Below are positions 41,015-50,509 of a stretch of 64,000 nt of DNA, one piece after another (position 1 is the first letter of the stretch; each line of letters opens with the position of its first letter). The notes under the pieces were generated by a model. It saw only the letters and a list, made by a program, of their open reading frames with translations. It made no database searches and was not told the origin of the DNA. Position numbers and translations under genes: made by a program. Origin of the DNA: Verrucomicrobiota bacterium (GTDB lineage: Bacteria; Verrucomicrobiota; Kiritimatiellia; CAJWTS01). Where the stretch lies: the NCBI GenBank assembly GCA_027623315.1, contig JAQBYD010000014.1, positions 375 through 64,374 on the forward strand. The letters run 5' to 3'.

Positions 41015-41956
41015 TCACGCTCTGCGCGTATGCCGCGGATCCAGCGCGTCGCGCAGCCCGTCACCAACAAAGTTGAGCGCGAAGAGCGCAAGCGATAGCA
41101 CGGCGCCGGGATAAATCAGCAACCAGGGATACGACTCCATCGACTCTGCGCCGGTCTTGATCAGGAGGCCCCAGGACGATTGGGGCAGTTGCACGCCCAG
41201 TCCAAGGAAACTGATGAACGATTCCAGCAGAATGACCTGCGGGATCGTGAGCGTGGTGTAGACAATGATCGGGCCCAACGCGTTTGGAAGAATATGACGA
41301 AAGATGATCCGGGCCTTGGAGTATCCAAGTACGACCGCGGCCTGCACGAACTCCTGCTGGCGAATCGCCAGCACCTGCCCGCGAATGATCCTGGCCATGG
41401 TCAGCCATTCCACGGCACCGATCACGGCGAAGAGCAGGAAAATATTGCGTCCGAAGACCACAGTCAGGATGATCACGAAGATCGTGAATGGTAACGCGTA
41501 GAGGATGTCCACGATTCGCATCATGATCGTGTCGGTGCGCGCGCCGCAATAGCCGGAGACGGAGCCGTAGGTCACGCCGATGACCAGCGAGACCGCGGTC
41601 GCGCAGATCCCCACCATCAGCGACGTCCTTCCGCCATAGAGAACGCGCGTGAACAGGTCGCGCCCCAGGACGTCGGTGCCGAACCAGTGCCGTGCAGACG
41701 GCGGCGTGGCGCCGATGCCGAGTAGGGGATCCGGCTCATCATACGTGTACGGTGTGGCCACGGGAGCCAACAACGAAAATCCGGCGAGGACAATCATCAG
41801 AATCACACCCATGCATGCCAGGCGGTTGCGCAGGAAGCGGTGCAGGACTTCTTTGGACTCCGGATTCATGGGGATCTCAAGCGACGGTGTGGGCGCGTGT
41901 TCTGGGGTTAAGCCAGGCGATGCATAGATCGACCAGTAAATTGAAGAAGACCACAA
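41015..41956 (-). CDS. Peptide/opp-type ABC transporter permease (OppC/DppC-like)
   Basis: ABC TM subunit with EAA-like loop; likely true start MNPESKEVL (~41869). Confidence 0.8.
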   Translation of the reverse strand: MWSSSIYWSIYASPGLTPEHAPTPSLEIPMNPESKEVLHRFLRNRLACMGVILMIVLAGFSLLAPVATPYTYDEPDPLLGIGATPPSARHWFGTDVLGRDLFTRVLYGGRTSLMVGICATAVSLVIGVTYGSVSGYCGARTDTIMMRIVDILYALPFTIFVIILTVVFGRNIFLLFAVIGAVEWLTMARIIRGQVLAIRQQEFVQAAVVLGYSKARIIFRHILPNALGPIIVYTTLTIPQVILLESFISFLGLGVQLPQSSWGLLIKTGAESMESYPWLLIYPGAVLSLALFALNFVGDGLRDALDPRHTRRA

Positions 41957-42803
41957 TCACTGCGTAGAAAGCGACGAGGCCCAGGATCAGCGGGTAGTCG
42001 CGATTGAATGCCGACATCACGAACATGCGCCCCAGTCCCGGGATCTGAAAGATGGTCTCGACGACGAAAGATCCGGTGATGATTCCGGCGGCGGCCGGTC
42101 CAAGAAAGGAGACCACCGGGATCATCGCATTCTTCAGGGCATGGCGAATCAGGATCTGACCTTCGTTCAGACCCTTCGCGCGTGCCGTACGGATGTAGTC
42201 CTGTGGCAGGACCTCGAGCATGCTGCCGCGGCTCAAGCGGGCGATGTAGGCCGCGACACCCAGCCCCAGGGTGATGGCCGGCAGAACCCGGTCAGACGGC
42301 TCTTCCCAGCCGGCAACATTGAACCAGCCATAGTGCAAGCCGCACACCAGCGCGAGAACCGGGCCGATCACGAAGGAGGGTACGCAGATCCCGGTCATCG
42401 CAACCGGCATGACCAGGTGGTCCCACCACTGGTTATGGCGCAATGCAGCGCTCAAGCCCGAGGCCAGGCCGAAGAGCAGCGCGAAGACCATCGCGTACAG
42501 GCCGAGCTCGAGTGATACGGGAAAGTTCTGGGCGATGATGTCGTTGACCGTGCGCGTCGGATTGTGAATCGACGGCCCGAGATCGCCACGTATCGCACAC
42601 GCGAGATAGTTCAGATACTGGATGGGCAGCGGATCGTCCAGGCCATAGAACTCGTTCATACGCTGGATCGCATCCTCTGGGTAGTTTCGCTCGGCCGTAA
42701 AGGGGCCGCCGGGTGCGAGGCGAATCAGGAAGAAGGTGACCGTGACGACCGCGAGCAGGACGGGAATCAGTTCAAGCAGGCGGCGGATCGTGAAGCGCAG
42801 CAT
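41877..42803 (-). CDS. Peptide/opp-type ABC transporter permease (OppB/DppB-like)
   Basis: 308 aa, MLRFTIRRLLELIPVL N-terminus typical of DppB/OppB. Confidence 0.8.
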   Translation of the reverse strand: MLRFTIRRLLELIPVLLAVVTVTFFLIRLAPGGPFTAERNYPEDAIQRMNEFYGLDDPLPIQYLNYLACAIRGDLGPSIHNPTRTVNDIIAQNFPVSLELGLYAMVFALLFGLASGLSAALRHNQWWDHLVMPVAMTGICVPSFVIGPVLALVCGLHYGWFNVAGWEEPSDRVLPAITLGLGVAAYIARLSRGSMLEVLPQDYIRTARAKGLNEGQILIRHALKNAMIPVVSFLGPAAAGIITGSFVVETIFQIPGLGRMFVMSAFNRDYPLILGLVAFYAVIVVFFNLLVDLCIAWLNPRTRAHTVA

Positions 42804-42863
42804 GGGATCCAGTGTTGAAAGACGTGCGGCCGGGGTGAGGGCTGTAACCGAGCCCTCTTTATC

Positions 42864-44492
42864 TCACTTCAGGTCGAGATGCTTATACGGATGATGATCG
42901 AGAATGGTGGGATTCCATCCCTGTACGGAGGGATCGACGAGCGATTTGCTGCGATAGGAGTAGATCGGCATGATGGGCGACTCCTTCATGAGAATCGTCT
43001 CTGCTTCGGAGAACGTTTTGAAGCGCTGCGTTGGATCCAGGGTTGTCGATGCCTCGCGAATGAGCCGGTCGTAGTCGGCGTTCGACCAGTTTGCGCGGTT
43101 GTTCCCGCCACCCGTAACCCACATGTCGAGAAACGAGTTGGGATCCACGTAATCTCCGATCCAACCGGCGCGCGCGATATCGTAGGTCCCGCGTTGCGTA
43201 GCGTCGAGGTAGACCTTCCATTCCATGTTTTCCAATTGGATCTCGATACCAAGCGCCTTCTTCCACATCTGTTGGATCACCTGCGCGATGCGCTCATGCG
43301 CATCCGACGTGTTATAGAGCAGCTTCAGGGAGGGGAATCCCTCGCCTGCGGGGTAACCGGCGTCGGCCAGGAGTTTCCTGGCCTCCCCCAGCTCGTCGGA
43401 AATACGGGCGTCCGTCTGGTACCCGGCAGTGCCGGGAGGCGTGAAGTGGTAGGCCGGATCTTCTCCCGCCTTGGTGACGCGCTCGACAATCGTGGCGCGG
43501 TCGATCGCCATGGACAGCGCGCGACGCACACGCGGATCGTCGAGCGGCTTTCGTTGGACGTTGAAGATGTAATAGTAGGTGCCGAGATAGGGGTCGAGAC
43601 GAAGCAGGTCGGGTTGGTTGTCGCGGTAGTGCGCGATGCGGTCGATCGGAATCGTGCTCGTTACATGCAGTTTGCCGCTGCGGAACGTACGCTCCTCGGT
43701 GGCGTGATCCCCGATCGGGTGGAAGTGAATTTCGTCGATCTTGACCGTCGCGCGGTCCCAGTACATCGGATTCCGTGTCACGGTGATCTTCTGGTCCGGC
43801 TCCCACGACGCCAGGACGTAAGGCCCGTTGCCGATGTGCGACTCGGGGCGGGTCCAGCCCGTGGATCTCTGATCGATGGTTCCGTGCTGGAGAATCGTGG
43901 GCGGATGGACCGGGAACCACGAGTAGTGATTCAGGACTGCAAGGAAGTAGGGCGTTGGCGCCGCCAGCGTGATTTTCAGGGTGCGATCGTCAATCGCCTG
44001 CACTCCGACTGGTTCGAAGTCGTCGAGCGTTCCCTTGTTGTATGCCTCCCCGTTCTCGAGGAGATAGAGCATGTAGGCGTACGGTGCCCCGAGGGCGGGC
44101 GTCAACATCCGCTTGTACGAGAAGACGAAGTCGTGCGCCGTGACCGGATCCCCGTTGGACCAGCGTGCTTCTTCGCGAAAGTGGAAGGTGTAGACGCGAC
44201 CGTCTGCGGAGAGCTCCCAGCGGGTTGCCACACCGGGCACGGGGTCGAGCGTTTCGGGATCCTCTGCGACCAGTCCTTCAATCAACGCGCAGATGATGTT
44301 GTGCTCGGTGACGCCGGTGACGATATGCGGGTCCAGATCCTGCGGTTCGGATCCGTTGCCCAGGCGCAGAATCTTGGCGGTGTCGGCGGCGTCGGCGGGG
44401 TCTGGCCGCGCCTGCTTCTCGCGCTTGGAGCAGGCCGTGCCGCTGAGCAGAAGCAGGCTTACGGCGAGGCAGAGCTGGAAGAAGGGTCTCAT
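42864..44492 (-). CDS. ABC transporter substrate-binding protein, family 5 (peptide/nickel type)
   Basis: 542 aa with lipoprotein-like signal (LLLSGTAC), family-5 SBP length and motifs. Confidence 0.8.
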   Translation of the reverse strand: MRPFFQLCLAVSLLLLSGTACSKREKQARPDPADAADTAKILRLGNGSEPQDLDPHIVTGVTEHNIICALIEGLVAEDPETLDPVPGVATRWELSADGRVYTFHFREEARWSNGDPVTAHDFVFSYKRMLTPALGAPYAYMLYLLENGEAYNKGTLDDFEPVGVQAIDDRTLKITLAAPTPYFLAVLNHYSWFPVHPPTILQHGTIDQRSTGWTRPESHIGNGPYVLASWEPDQKITVTRNPMYWDRATVKIDEIHFHPIGDHATEERTFRSGKLHVTSTIPIDRIAHYRDNQPDLLRLDPYLGTYYYIFNVQRKPLDDPRVRRALSMAIDRATIVERVTKAGEDPAYHFTPPGTAGYQTDARISDELGEARKLLADAGYPAGEGFPSLKLLYNTSDAHERIAQVIQQMWKKALGIEIQLENMEWKVYLDATQRGTYDIARAGWIGDYVDPNSFLDMWVTGGGNNRANWSNADYDRLIREASTTLDPTQRFKTFSEAETILMKESPIMPIYSYRSKSLVDPSVQGWNPTILDHHPYKHLDLK

Positions 44493-44558
44493 ATGACGGG
44501 CGATAGTCTAGTCGTGCGTGACGCCTATACCGAGAACTTTAATCGTGCCTGGAGGCGG

Positions 44559-45638
44559 TTACAATTCATCCACGCGCATGCATGCAACCTGGTGCGCGCG
44601 GGCGACGTCTTTGAGCGCCTGCTCGCTTTGCCGGCAGGCATCCAGCGCGTGGGCGCAGCGTGTGTGAAAGCGGCAACCCGGCGGCGGGGATGCCGGGGAC
44701 GGCACATCGCCGGTTAGCACGATTCGGCCTTTACCCTCCACGCCCACCTGCGGGATGGCCGAGACCAGTGCCCTCGTATAGGGGTGGCGCGGCGCGGAGA
44801 TGATCGCTTCGGCCGGCCCGATCTCAACCAGTTCCCCGAGATACATTACCGCGATGCGATCGCATACGTGCCGGACCACGCTCAGATCATGCGAGATGAA
44901 GAGATAGGCGAGGTTGTACTTCTCGCGCAGATCCATCAGCAGATTCACAACCTGTGCCTGTACCGATACATCCAGTGCGCTCACGGCTTCGTCGCACAGA
45001 ATCAGCTTCGGTTTTAGCGCGATGGCGCGCGCGACGCCGATGCGCTGACGTTGCCCGCCGGAGAATTCATGCGGATAGCGGTGCAGGGAGTCGTGGCCGA
45101 GTCCCACGTCATTCAAGAGCTCGATCGCCGCGGTCTCACGGTCGGCGTTTCCGATCAGACCATGCACGATGAGCGCCTCGGTAATAATGTCGATCACGGT
45201 CATGCGCGGGTTCAGCGACGAGAACGGGTCCTGGAAAATGACTTGGAGATCCCGCCGCATACGGCGCAGGTCCTCGCTTCGCATCGTATGCAGGGCCTGT
45301 CCCTCAAAGGCAATCGAACCCGACTGGATGGGGTCCAATCCAAGGATCGACCGCGCGAGTGTGGTCTTGCCGCAACCGGACTCGCCGACGAGGCCGAGGG
45401 TCTCGCCCTCCCGAATCTCGAGCGAGACGCCATCGACAGCTCGAACGTGGGCCACGGTGCGAGAGAAGACGCCGCGACGGATCGGAAACCAGGTCTTCAG
45501 ATCGGTGATCTTCAACAGCGCGGGTGATGTGGCGACGGCGTTGCTCATATGGGGGGGACGGACTGATTGGGGTCGGACAAAAAGCAACGAGCCGCGACCC
45601 GATCGGCTTCGTACAGCGGTGGCATCTCCAGTTCGCAT
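44559..45638 (-). CDS. ABC transporter ATP-binding protein (OppF/DppF-like)
   Basis: Walker [10 protein letters not shown], signature LSGGQRQR, Walker [14 protein letters not shown]-terminal oligopeptide-type extension; probable start at internal Met (~45548). Confidence 0.85.
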   Translation of the reverse strand: MRTGDATAVRSRSGRGSLLFVRPQSVRPPHMSNAVATSPALLKITDLKTWFPIRRGVFSRTVAHVRAVDGVSLEIREGETLGLVGESGCGKTTLARSILGLDPIQSGSIAFEGQALHTMRSEDLRRMRRDLQVIFQDPFSSLNPRMTVIDIITEALIVHGLIGNADRETAAIELLNDVGLGHDSLHRYPHEFSGGQRQRIGVARAIALKPKLILCDEAVSALDVSVQAQVVNLLMDLREKYNLAYLFISHDLSVVRHVCDRIAVMYLGELVEIGPAEAIISAPRHPYTRALVSAIPQVGVEGKGRIVLTGDVPSPASPPPGCRFHTRCAHALDACRQSEQALKDVARAHQVACMRVDEL

Positions 45639-46582
45639 CGCTCGAAGGCCTTGCAGCAGCGGTCTCGAAAGCGGCAGCCGCCGGGGTACGCGAGCGGGGA
45701 GGGGACCTGGCCGTCGATCGTCTCCAGTTCGCCGCGCGCTCCCGTGAGCTTCGGGATGGATCGGATCAGCGCCTCGGTGTACGGGTGGCGGGGTCGGGCA
45801 AAGAGATCCCGAAGGGCGGCGGTTTCGACGACCTGCGAAGCGTACATGACCGTTACGCGCTCACACATCTCCCAGATGACGCCCATGTCGTGCGTGATCA
45901 GGAGCAGCGAGGTCTCATCGCGTTTCATCGCCTTGATCAACTCGAGCACCTGTGCCTGGACCGTAACGTCCAGTGCCGTCGTCGGCTCGTCGGCGATAAT
46001 GAGCTCGGGCTCGAGCATGAGCGCCATGGCGATCATGACACGCTGCCGCATGCCGCCGGAGAGTTGGAAGGGATAGGACTGCATGCGTTGCGCCGGATCC
46101 GGGATTCCCACTTTTCCAAGCCACTCGACGGCGCGCCGCGCCGCATCGGATTTCGGCACATCTTCGTGCAGCTGAATTGCCTCGATCAACTGGTGACCGA
46201 CTCGTTTGAGGGGGGATAGCGCCGTCATCGGTTCCTGGAAAATAATGCTGATCGATTTTCCGCGAATCTCCCGCAGATCCTGGTCCGGGATCGTCAGCAT
46301 GTCCCGGTCGTGGAAATGAATCCGGCCGGATTCGATGCGTCCCGGCGGGCTTGGTATCAGGCGTAGAATGCTCATCGCCGTCACGGATTTTCCGCAACCG
46401 GATTCGCCCACCAGCCCAAGCGTCTCGCCCTTGCCGATGGAAAGCGAGACGCCCTCGACGGCCGTCAAGGTTCCCTCATCCGTATCGAAGCGGACCGTGA
46501 GATCTTCGATCTCGAGTAGTGTGTCCATCTTAGCGCATCCTCGAAAAACGACGTGGGTCGTACGCATCGCGCACGCCTTCAC
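45545..46582 (-). CDS. ABC transporter ATP-binding protein (OppD/DppD-like)
   Basis: Walker [29 protein letters not shown]; probable start [10 protein letters not shown] (~46528). Confidence 0.85.
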   Translation of the reverse strand: MKACAMRTTHVVFRGCAKMDTLLEIEDLTVRFDTDEGTLTAVEGVSLSIGKGETLGLVGESGCGKSVTAMSILRLIPSPPGRIESGRIHFHDRDMLTIPDQDLREIRGKSISIIFQEPMTALSPLKRVGHQLIEAIQLHEDVPKSDAARRAVEWLGKVGIPDPAQRMQSYPFQLSGGMRQRVMIAMALMLEPELIIADEPTTALDVTVQAQVLELIKAMKRDETSLLLITHDMGVIWEMCERVTVMYASQVVETAALRDLFARPRHPYTEALIRSIPKLTGARGELETIDGQVPSPLAYPGGCRFRDRCCKAFERCELEMPPLYEADRVAARCFLSDPNQSVPPI

Positions 46583-48134
46583 CGATGAAGACGCCGAGCA
46601 GCATCACGATGAAAAGTGCAAGCGACGGGTAGAGGATAAGCCACCAGGCCCACCGAAACGTCTGCGCCTGGTGCAGCAATTCGCCCCAACTGGGCGTCGG
46701 CGGCGGAAGTCCGAACCCGAGGTAGTCCAGGGCCGCGAGAGAGCCGATCGCACCGACCAGCGAGAACGGAAAGAACGTGATCACGGGCGTGATCGCGTTG
46801 GGGAGGATATGACGCAGGATGATCCTCCCCGGCCGCACCCCGAGGCACTTCGCTGCGTCGGCGAAGGATTGCTTTCGCAGCCGTAGAAACTCGGCCCGCA
46901 TGTAATACGAGATTCCGATCCAGTTAAAGATTCCGTAGCACACGAGCAACAGCATGAAACTGCGGCCGTATACCGATCCCAGCAGAATGATCACGTACAG
47001 AAAGGGCAGGGCACTCCAGATCTCGGTGGCACGTTGGCCGATGAGATCGACTTTGCCGCCGTAGTATCCCTGGGCGGCTCCGATCAGGACGCCGACGATC
47101 ATGGAGAACACGACGAGAAGAAGGCCGAATGTCATCGAGATCCGCAGGCCGTACAGGACGCGCGCGAGTACATCGCGCCCGGCGCTGTCGATCCCCAGCC
47201 AGTGACCACGTACCGGCGGGTGCGGCCATGCGATGCTCTTTAACCGCACGCTCAGATCATACTGCCGGCCCTCGATCGAGAGCGGCACGGGGTCTACGGG
47301 CTCATTGAATGCGCGCCGGGCCAGGTCCTGGATGGAGGCCCGCTGGTCGTCGTCCAGGTCGGACCAGAGCTTGGAATTCCGCGGGGTCATCGTCAGGTCG
47401 GTCGAAAAGCGCAAGTGGTCCGCTTCGGCCGAGGCCGGTACTTGTTCCCGGAACGTAATGCGCACTGTGGAAGGTGGCTTGGACCGGACCTTGTAGGTCG
47501 AAAGTGATAGCACGGGAGGTGTTGTCGCGCCCCGCGTCGGTGCGGCGACCTCGCTGATGGCCCCGGATTCCGTGTTGCGAAATCGTGACGCGAGAGCGTC
47601 GCGAAATGCCGGTGAGAGGGGCCACGTGTCGTCGAGGACCTGTCCTCTGAGCTCTCGCTCCGCTACGGTGAAGAAGTGGTCCACCTGCGAGGCGCGGGCG
47701 ATCGTGAGATCCTCGCGGACATTGACGGTGCCCACGTGGGGAATCCGCGCGATCTGAACGTCCACGTGCGCTTCGGTTCGAAGCGACTCGGGGCTGATGT
47801 TTTCCAGGGGGCCATACGGAACCGCGGCGAATACGATTGTGTTGCCGGAGGTGTGGCTGAAGCCCGGTGAGAAGCGTAACGCCTTGTAGTCCGGCCGCGT
47901 TTCCTTGCCACCCGCTACAAACGTCGACTCGGGATAGAACCGCAAGACCGGAAAGTACGAGCGGCCCTCGAAGCGCACGTAGAGCGGTTTATCGTTGCAG
48001 ATCAGTTCCGCCCCGAGGCTGACCACGTAGAGCAGGAGCAGAATGCGAAGGGCCCACAGGGCGCGTTTATGCTCCTTGAATCGAGCAATGCGCTTGAGCG
48101 TGATGGGGTCTTTGATCAGCGGGCGCATCGTCAA
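46530..48134 (-). CDS. Peptide-type ABC permease with ~270-aa periplasmic insertion after TM1
   Basis: 534 aa; N-terminal TM, long soluble segment, then canonical OppC-like TM core. Confidence 0.75.
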   Translation of the reverse strand: MTMRPLIKDPITLKRIARFKEHKRALWALRILLLLYVVSLGAELICNDKPLYVRFEGRSYFPVLRFYPESTFVAGGKETRPDYKALRFSPGFSHTSGNTIVFAAVPYGPLENISPESLRTEAHVDVQIARIPHVGTVNVREDLTIARASQVDHFFTVAERELRGQVLDDTWPLSPAFRDALASRFRNTESGAISEVAAPTRGATTPPVLSLSTYKVRSKPPSTVRITFREQVPASAEADHLRFSTDLTMTPRNSKLWSDLDDDQRASIQDLARRAFNEPVDPVPLSIEGRQYDLSVRLKSIAWPHPPVRGHWLGIDSAGRDVLARVLYGLRISMTFGLLLVVFSMIVGVLIGAAQGYYGGKVDLIGQRATEIWSALPFLYVIILLGSVYGRSFMLLLVCYGIFNWIGISYYMRAEFLRLRKQSFADAAKCLGVRPGRIILRHILPNAITPVITFFPFSLVGAIGSLAALDYLGFGLPPPTPSWGELLHQAQTFRWAWWLILYPSLALFIVMLLGVFIGEGVRDAYDPRRFSRMR

Positions 48135-49171
48135 TCCTGGAAATTAATACGCGGGTCGATCAGGACGTAACACAGATCCGAGATGATGTTGCCGATGAGG
48201 GCGAGGATGGAGGTCAGCGAAAGAATTCCCATGAAGACCGCGTAGTCTCGATTGATGACGACATCGATGCTCAGGCGTCCCATGCCCGGGATCTCGAAGA
48301 CCTGCTCGATGATGACCGATCCCGCAAACATGACCGTGAGGATCCCGCCGAAACCCGTCGCAATCGGAATCAGCGCGTTTCGGAGAGCGTGCCCCCAAAT
48401 CGCGAGCCGGGGCGTGCCTCCCTTGGCGAGCACGGTGCGGATATAGTCGCTGCCAATCTGGTCGAGCAACGAGTTCTTCATGAGGATTGTCAGGACAGCG
48501 AAGTTGCCGATGACGTAGCAGAGCACCGGCAGGAACATGTGCATGAATCGGTCCCGGAACTTGGCGCCAAGAGAGAGTTGATCGAAGTCGTCTACCTCGA
48601 AGCCTGATACCGGGAAGATATCCCAGAGGTTATCCACGGTGCCGGACACGAGCATCTTCAGGAGCATGCCGAACGCGAAAGCCGGAATGGCGTACCCGAC
48701 GAATACGATCGTGCTGGAGTAGAAATCGAAGCGGCTGCCGTGCCGCAGCGCCTTTGCGATTCCGAGCGGGATGCAAATCAGGTAGCTGAGCAGGAATCCG
48801 GTCATGCCGAAGATCAGGGAAACCGGAAAGCGATCGACGATGAGTTCCCAGGTCTTCTTGTTGGAAAACTTGTACGACTCTCGCATCAACCCCAGGCGGT
48901 CGCGCACCAGCCAGTCGTAGTATTGGACGTGCAACGGTTTGTCGAAGCCGAAGTGAGCCTCAATCTGCTTGCGATACTCCTCCGTATACGAGGCGAGGGC
49001 CTCGGCGCCCTGTGCGCCCCCTTCCGCCCCGGAGGCCCGCATCTGGAGCATGATTTGCTCCACGGGCCCGCCCGGCACGAACTGCGTGAGGGCGAAACAC
49101 AGAATCGTGATGCCCAGAAAGGTAGGGATCACCAGCAGGAGCCGCCGGATGAAATACTCGAATCTCTCCAT
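48131..49171 (-). CDS. Peptide-type ABC permease (OppB/YejB-like)
   Basis: 346 aa, N-terminal MERFEYFIRRLLLVIPT typical OppB start; 4-nt overlap with downstream permease. Confidence 0.8.
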   Translation of the reverse strand: MERFEYFIRRLLLVIPTFLGITILCFALTQFVPGGPVEQIMLQMRASGAEGGAQGAEALASYTEEYRKQIEAHFGFDKPLHVQYYDWLVRDRLGLMRESYKFSNKKTWELIVDRFPVSLIFGMTGFLLSYLICIPLGIAKALRHGSRFDFYSSTIVFVGYAIPAFAFGMLLKMLVSGTVDNLWDIFPVSGFEVDDFDQLSLGAKFRDRFMHMFLPVLCYVIGNFAVLTILMKNSLLDQIGSDYIRTVLAKGGTPRLAIWGHALRNALIPIATGFGGILTVMFAGSVIIEQVFEIPGMGRLSIDVVINRDYAVFMGILSLTSILALIGNIISDLCYVLIDPRINFQD

Positions 49172-49286
49172 GGTTCAATCGAGCTCGAGTGCGCGCGCCA
49201 AGTTCATTCGCATGAGCATAGCATCCTGCGCACGAATTTGAAGCGCTCATCCATCGTCTGCAGTCTGATGGAACCGCTTGCCGCGC

Positions 49287-50339
49287 TTAGCCTACCGCGA
49301 CGACCGTTCCGGTCTTGATCGACTCAATGGCCGCGGCAAGGACTTTCTGGGCAGCCAGTCCGTCTGCACCGGACCCGTCGATCTGATCCGCCGCGACGCC
49401 CGCGTTCACCTGCTCCACGAATCGGCCTAACCGCGCGATGAAGGTATCGTTGAAGTCGCGCATGCCGCCGAACACGGGATTCGTGTACACGGTCTTCTCC
49501 AGGTTGCCGGCGGGATAGAGCGTCGCTTCTTTGAACATATCGTCGATGACGAAGCGTCCGTCGACACCGGCGACCTCGCAACGCTCCATGGGGTGCCCGC
49601 GTTCGATGTCATAGCTGCCGGAGAGGTGTCCCAGTGCGCCACTGCGGAAGCGCATGTTGAACTGGGCCGTCGACCAGATCGTGCGTCCCGGTGCCTTGGT
49701 GGCAAAGCACTGCACGGCTTCAATGTCGCCGCAGAAATAACGCATGATATCGACGGTGTGGGGATGCAGCGCCTTGATCTGGAACCACTCGGAGGATTCG
49801 TTGGGATTCATAATCCACATGCTCATGTTCATGAAGAGTTGATGCCCGATGCGGCCCTCGTCCACCCACTTCCTGGCGAGTCGCGCGGCGGGGGTGAATC
49901 GATGGTTCAAGTTGATCCCGTAGCAGAGACCTCTCTGTGCGGCGAGGGTCACCATCTCCTCCGCGGGTCCAATCTCGTTGCAGATCGGCTTCTCGCCCAG
50001 CACATGCAGTCCGGCGGATAACGCTTGCATCGTAGGTTCGTAGTGGTCGCTGCCATACTCCGTGCCGCCGGTCGCGACGCTGACCATGGTCAACTCGGTC
50101 GCCCCCAGCATGTCGCTGACGGAATAGAAAGCCGGTACCTGCAGCCGTGCGGCAGATGCGTCGGCGCGCGCCTTATCCACATCGCACACGCAGACCAGGT
50201 CGGCGTCGGTCATCCCGGCATAGATGTCGGCGTGCAGATTCCCAATGGGTCCGCATCCTATTACGGCTATCTGTTGTGTGGTCATGCTTCTCAGTGGCAC
50301 CGATGTCGATTTCAGCTCGCGGGGACGCTCGCCCTCCAT
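49287..50339 (-). CDS. Gfo/Idh/MocA family NAD(P)-dependent oxidoreductase
   Basis: Rossmann motif IAVIGCGPIGNLHADIY; annotated ATG at 50339 lies inside a palindromic repeat, so the real start is more likely MTTQQ (~50285). Confidence 0.8.
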   Translation of the reverse strand: MEGERPRELKSTSVPLRSMTTQQIAVIGCGPIGNLHADIYAGMTDADLVCVCDVDKARADASAARLQVPAFYSVSDMLGATELTMVSVATGGTEYGSDHYEPTMQALSAGLHVLGEKPICNEIGPAEEMVTLAAQRGLCYGINLNHRFTPAARLARKWVDEGRIGHQLFMNMSMWIMNPNESSEWFQIKALHPHTVDIMRYFCGDIEAVQCFATKAPGRTIWSTAQFNMRFRSGALGHLSGSYDIERGHPMERCEVAGVDGRFVIDDMFKEATLYPAGNLEKTVYTNPVFGGMRDFNDTFIARLGRFVEQVNAGVAADQIDGSGADGLAAQKVLAAAIESIKTGTVVAVG

Positions 50340-50391
50340 TCCGGATTCTCAGATGTCGTGCGTCCTATGGATGGCGAGCGTCCCCGCGAGC
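50315..50391. repeat. GC-rich palindromic element (24-bp arms, ~27-bp spacer), copy 1
   Basis: gctcgcggggacgctcgccctccat ... atggatggcgagcgtccccgcgagc; same arms as the copy at 53801..53879. Confidence 0.6.
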
Positions 50392-50509
50392 CGGTCCAGC
50401 AGACGTGGATACCCTAGACCGCCCAAATTCGCAACGCCGGAATATGGGAGAGCGGACCCGCAGGTCGAGTGAGTTGCCGCCCGGAGAGCATATGATAAGG
50501 TGACGCGCC

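Noticed and set aside
44559-45638. Attempt to place the exact internal start codon of the OppF-like ATPase by hand
   Set aside because: My manual codon walk disagreed with the ORF-track translation by 2 nt near 45600, probably my transcription error, so I kept the ORF-track coordinates and only note the likely internal Met.
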